This document shows positions 24,586 through 38,014 of a stretch of 64,000 bases of DNA, in pieces. The translations under genes were made by a program, and so were the position numbers. The DNA is taken from contig JALDTO010000162.1 of the NCBI GenBank assembly GCA_023515725.1, positions 162,476 through 226,475 of the forward strand, written 5' to 3'. This DNA is from Amoeboaphelidium protococcarum X5. Taxonomy: Eukaryota > Fungi > Aphelidiomycota. Numbering within the stretch: position 1 is the stretch's first letter; every line of letters begins with the position of its first letter. Under the pieces are notes generated by a model. The model made no database searches and was not told the DNA's origin. It was given only the letters and a program-made list of their open reading frames with translations.

Positions 24586-25734
24586 TCATGAACTTTCAAT
24601 TTGTTATAGCTTTTCAGCTAAATCTACCACCAACTGATTCGCAACGACGATGCTTTCAACCACAGCCGTAGCCTTCTTTACCAAATCCTCGGGCAATGAG
24701 ACGTGATAAGTGTCTCGATAAACTTGCTGCGACCTTAAATATAATAAATCGTCCAGCATAGGCTTGATCGCATCCGCATTGGCCAACAACTCTTCATCCG
24801 GTCTCCATTCGCGCCTATCTTGGTCATGTATGTAAAGCTCCAGCTCTTTAAATATCTCCTGCATCTTCATGGAAATCGCGGCATTGTGTTTCATCACGAT
24901 AAGTGTCTCCTCAGCATAGTAGTCAAAGGCTTTCTTTCTGGCGCGCTCCAAGGAATTGTCCAGCTTTCTGGCAAGCTGTTTTACAACTGCCTTGAGTTTA
25001 AGCAGCTTCTATTACTACGGCTTAGTGTAATCATGAAATTTTGCGCTCAAAACTTCCTGTACAGGGCCTTGGAGATAACGCGCCATTTTACTCATATCAG
25101 GATAAACACCTTTGGCCATATTGCCCAGTTGGGAACAAGCCTCGGGGAAGCCGTCAGTTTTGCTTGCTTCTTTAAGAAATTTCTCCACTCTATTGAGGTG
25201 ATCCCAGTCAATTTAACTCATTTCCTAGATCATACTCTTTATGGTGTCCTGCAGTTCATCCATCTTTAAAAGCTCATTATTAAATTTAACTTGCAACTCT
25301 TCCACTCGGTCCCTTTCGATTATTAATTGCTCCTCCGAGGGCAAGATGCTATCAAGATCTTCAGTCTGTTACTAACGAGCTCTATTATTTCTTAATGATT
25401 TCTTGGATTTTTTACTCTTCGATTACTTATGCGACTATGCAGATGTCAAAGACGCGTCTATGTCTCCAGATTTTCTTCCATTTCTAACAGATAACGCACG
25501 AAATTCTTCTTAATCCAGTGTATCACGTACAAGGATGTCGTTTCCATTGAGTGTTACACTGTCTAGCCTGTCTGTAATCTCATTTTCCACGTAAGGAGAT
25601 ATCGGACGCGTCACATCAATCTCAGAGGACAATCTTCCAACTTAGACTGCTTCAACGTCGGAATTCTACCTTCCATTAAAGGTTGGAATACAATTAACTG
25701 ATATTACAAAAATTAGAATAAAAAGCAGCTGCAT
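24586..25734 (-). CDS. Secreted helical protein, divergent short family member C, 382 aa
   Basis: Signal peptide MQLLFILIFVISVNC|IP. C-terminal DEELLANADAIKPML aligns with the E.L.ANA motif of A and B; the N-terminal domain is missing. Confidence 0.7.
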
Positions 25735-26367
25735 ACTTCAATTCAATTGACTTCTAATGAAGATGTATTTTTATCATGCAGTGAATGAATGAAAAACGTA
25801 TAAAGTCCCCTAAAACTTCAAAGCATACTGTCAGGGGGGATCTGATTAAATTGCTTAATTCTAGTTTGGACTATAAATCAAAACATATAGTTCGAAACAT
25901 ATAGTTCGCCATGATAGAGATGACTAAACTGTTCTGAATACAGCCTTGATAAAAGTTGGAAACTAATCTGGTTGGACCTTTGAATCGTGTTAAATGTTAG
26001 CATCTACTGTACTTACAGATGTGAGATGTCTGTGAAACTTTTTCGGTTAAAACTAAATGGTTGAGGTCGAGTCGCATTGAAACTCATGAATTATACTTTA
26101 AAAATTGGTAACGAATATCTCTAATAAGTTAGATAGGGATTGGTTGGTCTCAGGTGGCGATGTTGTGCAAGATTGTGTCTACGCTGATTGGTCATCATCA
26201 TATCGCTGTGAAACAATTGGCTTGGCTGTTAGATCAATCTGTGATGCTGTTAGTATCATTACTCTTAATTTCGCTTCTATTTTTCGATTAAAATATTTAC
26301 TGTACATCAATACTCTGTATATATTAAACGTGAGAATACAACTTGTGATATTAAAATCGTATACAAT

Positions 26368-27954
26368 ATGGCCAAATAACTGACGCGTTATGACAAGTAT
26401 GGATTTGTTTAGGATGATTACGGCGCGTAACATGAAGGATAGTATTAACAGATTTTGAGTGAGCGCAAATAAAGATGGATCGAGTGGCTGGATGAATTGA
26501 ATAACTGTAAACTATTTGGAGATTGTCTATCGATATTCAAAATTGATGAGCAGGCTTTCAAGTATCCGGCCAGATGCAATAAGCTGAGTAGGTTCATACG
26601 CAAAGGTATCCCATCTTCGCTGAGGCCCGTGATGTGGCTCCATTACTCTGGTGCAATGGATAAGATGAATTGCTATCTTGGATTATATGGCTAGCTAGTT
26701 GGCAGAGTGCCCAATGAGATTAATGCTGATGTAATACGGGTAGTCAAGTATGAGCTTGATCACACCTTTAAGGATAATGTCAACTTCAACCCCTAATAAT
26801 CTCATACACCTACCGCCTTGTTTCAGTCTCCTGGCACGGCATCCTCTTGTATAAGTGGTGTTAAATCGTAATCTTCATAGAGCAAGCAATAGCTGCATGT
26901 CACTATAAAAGAAAAGATAAAGAATATCATTCTGGCTCTTCTGGTACACAACAAGGGGTTGAACAAGTAACACCCACCTAAGCCGCTGTATTAGATTACA
27001 TCTCTCATCTTCCTCATACTATCCAACTAGAAAACTATGTAGTTCAATGTGGAAGAGGCCACTTTTTGGCTCATGGAGACTCTGTTGAATGACATACTTC
27101 CCACGAATATGTTCACGGAAGGATATCGAGGCGCTAAAGTTGACCAGGACATTCTGTGGGAGCACATGTTGCCATAACACGGTCTTGGGAAGAGTACACT
27201 AAAGCGAATGATAAATGATTACTATGACAATGACGTCCCGCCTCTATCCACAATTACCATCCAATGGTTTATGAATCTGTATGTTGGAATTCTGCCGATT
27301 GAGACGGTACTTCGCGTGTGGGACTGTCTGATCTGCAACGGCCGCGAAAAGTAAGGCAAGGTGCTGTTCACAACCGCACTTTCGCTGATTAAAATGCATG
27401 AGGGCTAGATTTGTCAACTGCAAGATGTATACTAGACAACTCAATTCTTTTTGAAAGCTCCCAAGTACGTACACGATTGCCATGCATTTATGCAGTATGC
27501 TCATGATCACTGTGATTAGTTAACATTCTCCTTTGGCGGTAGTGGTCCTGGTGGCTATTTGTCTTCAAGAAATATTCATTAGTTGAGAATTCGGTTGGGT
27601 GGTGGTAGATGTAATGAAAATCCAGATTCACTTGGTGCTGCTGGCTTAAGATTTTGGCTATAGAAATGCGACCTTTTGCCATCGATGAGCAAGTTGAACT
27701 CTGTACCTAAATTGAAAGACGCGCCACGATAGAGACGTCCTAGTAAGAAAAAATCAAATGTTGGAGTGAATTCCTCAAAACCTGCTGCTAATAGCAATTG
27801 CATCGAAGCGTCTAATAATAATATTATTAAGGATATTCAAAGCCCGAGTCGAAATTATGTTAATTTGAGTGCCGCTCTCAAATTAAGATCGCCGCGAGAT
27901 GCAGATCTGATGAGTAGACCGTCTGTAAGTACCCACAACTCGGGAGAATATTGA
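26368..27954 (+). CDS. TBC/Rab-GAP domain protein (Msb3/GRTP1-like) with degenerate catalytic fingers, 528 aa
   Basis: YDKYGF, IRKGIPSSLRPVMWLHYSGA, EEATFWLM, QWFMNLYVGILPIETVLRVWDCL. Confidence 0.85.
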
Positions 27955-28401
27955 AAAAGGAATGTGTAAAGTAAATTGATTGCTTTTTGAATCAAATAAG
28001 TTGCTTTTCATTTTCATGGGTGTCGTACTGCGCTGCTCGGTGAGTGGCTGATATCGATTCATTTTCCGAGATTATGATGAAGTACTAGTTTATCAGATAT
28101 GATTGATTATTACACTTAATGCAAGATTGTAGTTTCGTTTATCTAGAGAGACTAAACTGATGAGATTATAAGCCCCATTAAAGTTTCACCCATCCGCGCG
28201 TGCCATCACTAGGGCTGCTGATCTGCTGCGCTTTCAGTCTCTTCGTAGTAATTCAATCGCGCGCCAAGCTGTCTCTTTCCTCTTCCTTCTTTGTTAGCGA
28301 TTGAATTTCCCCAATAGACTATTATTACAGTCAAGTATCCTCCAGTTAATAATAATAATAATAATAAGAATTTATATATTTGAATATTTGCCGTATTGAT
28401 T

Positions 28402-30342
28402 ATGAGTTCCTTTTTTGGATTTGATACTAGTTCTGTACCGCGTAGTAGTTCTTAATAGCAATAAAAGTAACAGTTGACCTCCTCTGCGAACGATGCATAG
28501 CTGCGAGAGTATGACGATGAGCATAATGATGAGACTTTTGGTGTTAGTGTGAGCGATTTGAAGCAGGATTTTTAATTCGGAGCTCCTGTCAAGGTGGAAG
28601 ACCATGGTCATGCATCTGCTGCTGATCACGGCGGAGCAAGTGGAATTACGGGCGGTAATAACAAGAGAGTCACGGTCGAAGAACTGGAGTCGGAAATGCT
28701 TGGACTTAAGACATCTGCAGCTGCTTCTTCTGTTCAGGATTCTGCTTTAAGTGCTGCGGACATTGAGGCTTAAATGCTCGCCGAGGTTGCGTCAACTGCT
28801 CCATCCGAGTCTGCAGCCACCGATGATATTGAAGGTGGAACTTACGCCGATGCCACTTCATCTGATCGTCAGTAGAATTATGATGGCCTGATGTTGGATT
28901 ATGAAAAGGATCTGATTTTGAAGATTCAATTGTCATAACTTGCATCTGATCCTACATTTGAGATTGACTTTTACAACACAGCTTTCAACAGTATGGTCCA
29001 GAACGCGGCTAAATAGAATCCTAACATGGTAGTTGATCAGGATTTGGAAGCGTTGAAGATCAAGAATGAGGATGAATTGAAGAGTATCATGAAGGAGGTG
29101 CGTTTACATACATTGTAAAAGATTTCCAAGAGTTCAGCTGCTCAATCTAGTGGAAGTCCAGCACTTGGTAGAGCAATGCTAAATTCTCTTCGTAGACCTA
29201 AACAATTGATGAATGTCGATTTGAAGGAGGAGGTGAAGGATGCAGCTGCATAAGTGGATCTTAACAGTATACCATCTGCTGATAAATTGGTACCTGAGAA
29301 TGGTGTACTATCTGATTCTGATAATGCGCAGTAATCCGCATTTAAAGTTCTCTCCTGTATCGAACGCTGTCATATGACGTTGATTGCCCTCAATGATCTG
29401 TATTAGGAATTCTAGAAAGATGGTCCTGCTGATAATCCACGAAAATAAGAGGAGCGTAATGCTAAATATTCGAGCCATGTCAAGTCTTTATGGACGCTTT
29501 TGCATTAAATAACGCGAGATTCGCACGAGGTGGACAAGGTGGATTTGAATGATCTACTAAAATAGTTTCCACCTCCACATGGAATATCTCTATTCTGCTC
29601 GTACGGTAAAGGTAGAAGAGTTATTGGTAATTTTTTGCGTTTTCTGCCTCGTGAGTAGATTCTGCTCCTATTGAAAAGCGTTATGCTCTCATTGAAGACT
29701 ATTGTTCTACCTCAGAATGGTGATGCTTTTCTGATATTGCGTGAATTGGAGGAGTATGTCAACTTTGTGGTGTTTCCGTTCGCTAATGTTATCGGTGATG
29801 TTGATCTTGCGTACGTCAATGATGTATGTGAGAGTCTGTTGTAGACTGGTGATATTGTGTCTATTGGTAGAACTAAGCCGGGTCTGTTGTTTATCACTCT
29901 CCTGTTGAGTCGTGTTCAGATTATCATTTAGAAAGTGGAAGAGGGCTCGTATAAGGCTCCACAAGCAGATTTGGATACTTGGAATAATTCTTTGTTTCCT
30001 ACTCTGTTTGCTGCATTCTAGACCAGGTATGTCAGTCTATTCCCACCTGCTCAGATTCTACCACCACTGTTCTAGACATAGACTCTGTTTGGCGGTGAGT
30101 AAAACGCTGGTGGTACTAGACGGCCATCTGCATAATCTTAACCAATCTAGGTGGATGATACGTATGTGTGGTAATTTCTGGCGGCACTGTCACCTGCCTG
30201 TGATGAAGAGCAACATCGCGTGTTGGTGACGGAACTCAGAGATAAAATCTTTGAAGTTATTGGCAGACAAGGAGACCAAGGCAAAGCGAAGGTGAACATT
30301 TTCTTGAACACTCTTGGTCTGAACGCATCGCAGCTCTAATGA
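28402..30342 (+). CDS. PAT1: mRNA decapping activator Pat1, 646 aa
   Basis: MSSFFGFDT, HNDETFG, SLRRPKQL, YGKGRRVI, VNIFLNTLGLNASQLQ*. Confidence 0.85.
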
Positions 30343-30511
30343 GTATTCTGAATACATAATATTAATTTATTGCATCTCTTTGATAGTTGAGCTTGCGCTT
30401 TTTGTATCAGTTGATCGATAACTATATACCATGTGGCCATAAAAGCTTAATAAAGCTAAATCAAAAACTTTATTTTAAGAATAACATTTCACAAATTACT
30501 ATATAGACATT

Positions 30512-33061
30512 TCAAATCATTTACTTGCTAGTCTTTCTACCGTCCATTTTAGAACTGGACGATCGTCTTAGATACTCTTGGCTTAGCGTACTATTGCCTG
30601 ATTAAAGAGCTTTTTTAAGTCCTCCCCATGCAGATGAAGAGTCGGTGGAAGATTTCGATGCGGTAGCTGATGATGATGATGGTGGAGGTGGATGATTGCC
30701 AAAAGATGCCTAACTCGGCGCTCTGGCCAATTACTACTACCGTCCAAGTGTTAGCTCTTTGGCAACTTAAGGTGCGTAAGTCTCAATCAAATCTCCAAGC
30801 AGAGTCTTTCTAGTCCTGATCATCTTCTATGAAAACTCTGGAGCCTGGTACGCTGCATTCTACTCATTTATCAGTTTACAAATCAACAGAATGGCGAAAG
30901 CTTCCGATTTGGCAAAAGAGTGACTTTGCAGATGAGGAGATACAATAGGCACATCCTTCTTCATGGCAAACTGCAAATTATAACCGATAACTTCGCTTGG
31001 AGTTGAGTCTGCATTAAAATTACTAATGCTCTATGCCAAGATTGGCCTCACTACCGCAAACACCTAACAGTATTGACTTGATATGGTGTCCGCAGAGAAC
31101 GGTGTGTCTCCATCAATGAATATAATCAGACACATATCATTTCCAATGTGCCGCTTACGTGCCAATTACTGTGATCGTATAGTCATTCGCCGTCCCTCTA
31201 TCCCTTGAGAGTTGCTAAATTCATCTTCATCTGACGGGAGAAGGGTGGATACATGGAACATGACCTGAATGCTTTTCCACTACCGCACAATACTTTCCAT
31301 TCCTGTGGTGTTATTCTTAACATCAAGTCCACCTCTAAATCCCTGGTATCCCTACAACTTCACTCGATCACCCAGAATGGAGAGGAATTCATCAAAATGC
31401 ACAGAGCCGGTTCGATTACCAAACATCTCTTCCTCCGTGGTCTGACCTTAGTACGCAAATAAAACTCCAAACTTATAATTAGGCTCCTTCTCATCCTACT
31501 CTATTCTGGCCAGGCGAGACATTGCATTCTGGTACTCCTGAGAGTCAACTGCCGGATCGAGCTTGTGCATCAGAATCCGTGAAAAGTCCAGTTCAACCTT
31601 CTACTGGTCAGTCTTGGTCCGTTACATCAGTTCAAACTACTTCAAGGCGACATTCATAATCATCTCTGGCCTCTGCACCTTATCGTTTGATGGAAGATTA
31701 AAAGTCGCCAGGAAACGTCCATGGCTAGTTAACAGCAATGCTTCAAAAGTGTCCAAACCATTCTTACTCACTCCACTTTTTATAGTCAACAGGGCAGCAG
31801 GCTCGTGCTCAGACAACATACCCACGGCCAAAGTGCAATCCTTGCCCATGAATTTATCCCGCAGTGGGGATTCCATATTTCTGGTATGCTCTCGAGGTTC
31901 ATCATCTTGAATGTACGTGGGTAGATCTATGATTTCATGCCCACCAGGACTACTCTCCACTTTGTATCCATCACAGAGTAGCACTGAAGGTTTCTGCTGG
32001 ATGAGCTCATTCAAGTCTTTCGCAATCAACTTGTCCTACTTGATGGACGTCAACGTCTCCTAGTGCCGGATAACTGCAGATACAACAACTTTCTGAATCG
32101 CTTTAACGCTAGTCTCTATTCGTTTGATTGTAGTCAATGGAATGACGGCATCCACCATGTCGGACACTGATGGTTGACTCTACCGAGTCTTGGTCTACCG
32201 TCTACCTTTAGTGCCATACTCTGACTCTTGAGGACCAGTAGATTAATTCTATCCACTGACTGATGCATTACTAGAAGACGAGGTGGAATTAGCGCCAATT
32301 GCATTATTAGTTACACTGCTAGAATTATAAGCACTATTAATCACTTGCTATAGGACGGATTAGACACGAATAACCTCCCGCTGAATGTCACGCAGAGAAT
32401 CAACCAGGATGGTATTCAACTAAATGACAGGATCTGTCTGAGTAGCAGATGCAGGATTCACACTAACACCATTAGACTATCTTTTAAAGTGAGAAGATGA
32501 GCTCCGGTGCAGAGAATCCAGCTCTAACTTGGATAGATTATTATTATTGTTGGCAAGAACAGCTTAATGGAAATCTTAGATGTTGTCCAACAGCTGGCCA
32601 ACCTACATCGCACTAGAAGCAGGACCTATTTTAGAGCTAGCGCCGCTCTTACCAATTTCATTATCATTATTAATAGTGGTCTTCTAAATGGTAGTAATAT
32701 TGAGCGATTAACTATCGCTAATGTCATTTGAGATACCATTCACAGCCTAATCGGCGCATGAGCCATGAGATGATGACTGTAACATGTCACTCTGATCGGC
32801 CAAAGGAGAATCGAGTATTCTAATCTCGCTGGGAGCCTAGACTTCAGCGGCATAATCCCTTTTAAGGTCATCAGAGTAACGAGGTGTATTACCAACAGAT
32901 TTCAATTGTCTCAACCCACTTATACTTCCTGCCGAGCTTCCTTCATTAGCCTCTACAATCTTGTGCAGATAATCGCTCTCAACAACTCTTGTACCGGGTA
33001 TTTAATTATCAGGTATATCGCTATTATCGCTACTCACTGGTAAAGTCTGATGATACTCCAT
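30512..33061 (-). CDS. Rap-GAP domain protein, ~850 aa (start uncertain)
   Basis: YKFGVLFAYQGQTTEEEMFGN, GFRGGLDV, VMFHVSTLLP, RKRHIGND (catalytic Asn intact), RTRKTLLGDL. Confidence 0.88.
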
Positions 33062-33348
33062 TGTGCAGAGATAATTATTAGATCTAAAGTGAAGCTTATA
33101 AATAAAGTTGATTTTCACAGTAAACAAGATGAAGATGAAGTGAGCGAAAGAGACAGTTGTTGTTGAAACATCAAATCTTCCATAAAAATAGATTCCGAAC
33201 AAACAACCAACAAGCTGCAATAACATCCGTCTAATAAGAGTCATTTTGAAAAGGAGAGCTTTGCATAAACACTCTCAAAATTTATACTAGTGGATATGAT
33301 TATAGGGTATAGAGTGTAAAAGTAAAGGGAATACATCGAAAATAATAA

Positions 33349-34582
33349 TCACTTCAGTCTCCCTGAGCGCTCTTCCTGATCTGCAACATCGCTGGGCATT
33401 AACCGCGCTGGCTCGAAACCGCATGGAGACTCGGGATCAGCAAGCAATGCATTAGGAATTGTATCATTCTTACCACCAATAGACGTGTATCTACAAATTA
33501 ATATAAAACGTAAATAGTCTTATAATAAAACAATACATTACCCTCTGTCATATAGGTTGCAGTATGGAACGTTGAGCACGTCAATAAATTGCCAAATCTC
33601 AGTAAAAGACCAGTCCAAGATCGGATTAACGCGCATCACCAGTGGCCATCCATTATTAGAGTCGGTCGGACTGAATGCCTATAGATGCTCTACAATTATA
33701 ATGCAACTATGGCGTAAACTGATCTATAACAAAGATACTTACAACAGTGAGGATCAGTGCGTCGGGTGCCCATAAAGATGGCTCTTGATGAAGGTGATGA
33801 ACTTTGGCAATATTCACTCCATTATTATAAGAACGCCTGCAGCCCACTTTTGATCGACCCGTCATATTCAAATAGACGAAGTCCATAGCTACATTTAAGA
33901 AACAATTAGATAATAAAACTTGAATACAATGATATAAAACCAAAATTCGTATAGATTATTCTTACCTAAGTGATGCTTAGTGGACAAATTTCTCAATTTC
34001 TTCGAATGGATATTGAGATCGGATATAGAGAGCATTGATTACACCAGGTCCATAATACGGCTCACGACATTCAATTGGTGTCGCATTCTCAACATTGGTA
34101 AAATGAATGGCGCAACCTATTTAAAGCAATCGCAGAAGAACTGTACAGTCTTTACCACCATTATAACTTATAGATAGATTATCAAAACCGTATTATCGGA
34201 AAGCGTCCGCGATAACAGACAGCGAGTGCTCTACTTTACGTCGAAGTATAGGATCGAGTCTATGGGAAATAGCATCATTCTACTGCGCCAGCCACTTCTC
34301 TCTTGCCTTTCTATTATGAATAAGATCATTCCTCTCATCATGCCTCAACTTAACCAGGTGTTCCATATTTAAAGATGAATCGGATATTACGTGATTTATC
34401 AAATCATTGTACATAATCGTTGCAGTTCCACTCAGATCATGACCGATAACGATCGTTGTTGGTCCATCATCAGAATCTTATTCCAATCGATAATAACCAT
34501 TGAGTTGAGCACACATATCCTCGATCTTTGACTTTAAAGACGCGTCAAGCTCTAAATCCACAAGTAATCTATATTCGGACAT
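33349..34582 (-). CDS. FAD1: FAD synthase (PAPS-reductase family), 350 aa; introns 33889-33965, 33690-33742, 33491-33541
   Basis: [52 protein letters not shown]. Three GT..TGTAG introns restore a 351-codon frame. Confidence 0.92.
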
Positions 34583-34969
34583 CGCTGTAATGTGGGATAT
34601 TCCGCGTTTGGATTAGAATTTTAAAGTTGAAAGTAAGTAGTGCCCAAGCTTCGACAATGCACTTTTAACACCTGGTAATAGAGCAATTTGTTGCTCAAAT
34701 GCAAAAACGGCAACCTTGCTATGGAAGAAAGTTCGATGGATTAGAGAAGGTCAAAATCGCACTGCAAAGAGGAGAATGCACTGTGCTGTTATGTATCCCA
34801 GCATAACCTGCTTTTCATCTTTTGTCTAACGCGTTCGTAACAACATTCATGGACCGCTTGCGTACTATAGAGTCAAAATCACATCAATTCTAAATTCATT
34901 TTATTCATCAAACATCATTCAAAATATATATTCTTCATCTTCTTCAATTCATCAATACTTTCAACAACT

Positions 34970-36097
34970 TCATTCATTGGGAGGCCAATTCACAAACTAG
35001 CAAAGACGTTTGAGGATAGAACACAGATTTGAAGTTCCCAACGATCCGGTGCACAAGTTGTCAACACATTGACACAGTTTTTACTCAAGCGATTTCTCAG
35101 TATTGATTGGCTGAGGTGATGGCGCATTTACAGAAGCTTCCGAGTTGGCTTGATTTTGCTGTAGAGGGGCAACTGCTGGAGGTGGAGATGGATTAGGAGG
35201 AGTAGGTGCAACAAGATTGTGAGGATGATTGTGGCCTTCGTGTCCAGGTGGAACCGCTTGAGAAGGCGGTGGCGATGGAGCTGCGCTGTTATTGTTGCTT
35301 GATGCAGCAGCAGGAGGAGGTGTAGAAGGAGTCACTGAATTGTCAACTTCAACTTAAGATGGTCCTAGCAGAGCTCGTGGATCCTATGCGTCACTACCAT
35401 TGGACGCGACGACATTTAAGCCACCACTACCAACTTGGACTTCAAAGCAGTCAATGTACTGCTGGGCATCATTGAGTGTCCAGGCGAACATGCAAGATCT
35501 TATTTCACCTTGCTACCATGTGGATGGGACCTGGACTTGGCCCGTACATTTAGCCCAACTCACATCAGAGCCATTGCAATTATCGTAAGGTGTGGTGGCA
35601 ATCAGCTCCATACCGCCAGTCGCGTTGTTGGACGCGCCAGAAGTTGTTGTAGCTGCGGATGAAGTGAGAGATTCATCACCAGGAGTGCCAGAGAAGATGG
35701 CCTATTCATCAACTTTACTACCGGCAGATGAAGCATCAGTAGAGCAATAGATCCACACATCAGAATGCTTTTGTTGCAAATGGCCGCGCGGAGGCCACTG
35801 AACCACAACCGTAGATCCTGGCATCCACTTGGCCATGGGATATTTGGTAGTGTACATTTACCCAGAATCGGCTGGCGCGGTGGGACAGCGAATTGCTCCA
35901 GCGGCCACGATAAAGTTTCTATCCTTGGACTCATCACTACCTTCATATCCTTGCTTATAATAAGAGTAATAGCGCGGATAGCCAGCACATTGACCAGGAC
36001 CTTTGACATCAGTACACTCCAAGTGAGAGTGGCCTGAAACAAAGTTCAAGAGTGGGATAACAACTGTAGAGACACGTAGAATTTTAGTCATGGGCAT
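34970..36097 (-). CDS. Secreted His-brace copper protein, LPMO-like, with Pro/Ser linker and Cys-rich tail, 375 aa
   Basis: Signal peptide MPMTKILRVSTVVIPLLNFVSG followed directly by His1 (HSHLECTD). Also CAGYPR, YPMAKWMPG, VQWPPRGH (second His) and FAWTLNDAQQYIDCFEV (Q-x-Y-x-x-C). Confidence 0.75.
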
Positions 36098-36371
36098 TCT
36101 CACTATGAATATTTTTGATAAGACCAGATTATAATAATGAAGAGAAAGAAAGAAGTATTAGATGTCCTGATGGTTGTGATATCAGATCAGATGGAAGTTC
36201 GATTTTCTGATTGCTTGATATTCTCTTGATTCAAAGCAGCCGATTTACATTGGACGAATTCATCATAAGAAATTGAATTGGCAAACTCTGAACAACACGC
36301 AAAAAACGTAATTTTATTCAAGTGTTATAGCAATATGGTGCGAAAGACTATATAATCTTATAGTAGAAAGT

Positions 36372-37262
36372 TCACAATTTCAGACGCATTGAGTACTTGT
36401 CAAGAGCTTGTCTGGAAGATGACACAACTTTACCGTCAGTATCAGCAGCATTGCCAAAAGAGCCTAAGAAATCATCACTAAGGAGTGTCTGTTAGCCACC
36501 TTAATGAGATTTATATTCTCCGACCACATCTTCTGATGCATCACCGACACCTACAGATTGAATACTTTCCACTATTTCCATAGATTTAGGACTTCTGAAG
36601 CTGTTAATTTTATCCTTTATGTACGCTTACAAGTCATTAATTCCACAGTATTTGTATATTTCCTTATTACGCATTACTAAATGACGCCAATGCTGCAGCA
36701 ACAACGTTTAGTCTTCAATAAACAGCTGAGTATTTACTTTATCACCCAGCTACTTGGGCACACTCAGAGATTTGACAGGAAATTTGACGTGATCATAGAC
36801 ATTCAGATCTTTGCAGACTTTAGTTATTAACTGATACATTGTCTATCTCTACGTGAGAAGCTTTTAATTTTTCCCCTTCAACCTTTTCGACTACTCATCA
36901 TCACTATCATCCTCATTATCGTTATCTTCCATCGAGTCATTGCGATAAAGTGACATGTACTTGAAAGTCTTTGGATAAAATAAAATGTACATCAGATCAT
37001 CAAGAGTAATTTAAGCCTCAACACCAGAAGCATCGTCTTTTACGCACTTCAAATACTTTCTCTGAGCTTTTCGCATCTCAAAGAATCTCACACGCTAATA
37101 ACGCGTCTAATACTTTTTGATAACCTGCAACTCGGTCTCTTGTTCCATATCAAATAGGAGGACTTTTAATTTCCTCTGCTATTCCTATCTAGTAGCAGGA
37201 TCGGTATTTTCTCGATTAATTAATCGGTGAGTATCACGTATAGACTTTTTAATCTTGTTCAT
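36372..37262 (-). CDS. EFG1: rRNA-processing protein Efg1, 296 aa
   Basis: MNKIKKSIRDTHRLI, RYQRVRFFEMRKAQRK, DLMYILFYPKTFKYMSLY. Confidence 0.8.
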
Positions 37263-37598
37263 TTCGTTTTGATCTATTTGCACACAATTATGGATCTGCG
37301 AGCGAATGAAGATTCCCTCTCGTGTTAAAAGGCTAATCTAAGCGAGTTCAACTGTCCCCGTCCGCCCGAATCGTGTGAGACGCGATCGGCCAGGCTATGG
37401 CATTTCTCACCGCTCCAACAACAGCAATGATCATGTTGAAACGAAATAAAGATGTTGATCAAAACAAATCTATGGAAACAATGGTAACACGTTTCCATCT
37501 CAACTGCATTGTTTACTTTATCCAACGCTTACACGAGTAAAAAAATTCATCATCTTCTTTGGTCTAACCGTCGTTATCAAATATTTTATATCCACTAC

Positions 37599-37988
37599 AT
37601 GTTCATTATGTCTGGCTCCGTTCTAGTCTTCTTTGTCTTTGCTGCTCTAATGCTCACATCTCAACATCAACAAGTGCTTGCGGTCCCTTGGTCTTTTCTT
37701 AGTCGTTTTGATTCCACAAAGGGATTACAATTGTAATAGCATGATATCGATTTATGGCTCAAGAACTTTGACTTGAATGCTGATGGTCACTTGGACGGGT
37801 ATGAATTGATGAGTTCCTTTGCACCACAGCATGAACATTACGTGGTGACTCACGATACTGCAAGCGATCATAATGGAAACATTCTGCCAGAGATCCAGTT
37901 CCTGGTGGACTCTATTCTCTAGATCGATGACCAAGATGGTGACGGCCGCCTAAGTAGAAGGGAACTTATTTAAAGTCATGAACTATGA
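37599..37988 (+). CDS. MCFD2-like secretory two-EF-hand protein, 129 aa
   Basis: Signal peptide, FDLNADGHLDGYEL, VDSILQIDDQDGDGRLSRREL, C-terminal SHEL* (HDEL-like). Confidence 0.75.
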
Positions 37989-38014
37989 TACATTAAATGC
38001 ATTATTAAACTATT

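Noticed and set aside
25881-25908. 14-bp tandem duplication AAACATATAGTTCG x2
   Set aside because: A simple slippage duplication with no spacers or further copies; not CRISPR-like.
28348-28366. (AAT)n tract upstream of PAT1
   Set aside because: An ordinary short microsatellite in a 5' leader.
33062-33244. Hydrophobic 61-aa N-terminal extension of the RapGAP from ATG 33244
   Set aside because: Composition resembles the T-rich 5' leaders of neighbouring genes, so it is treated as UTR; it cannot be fully excluded without TSS data.
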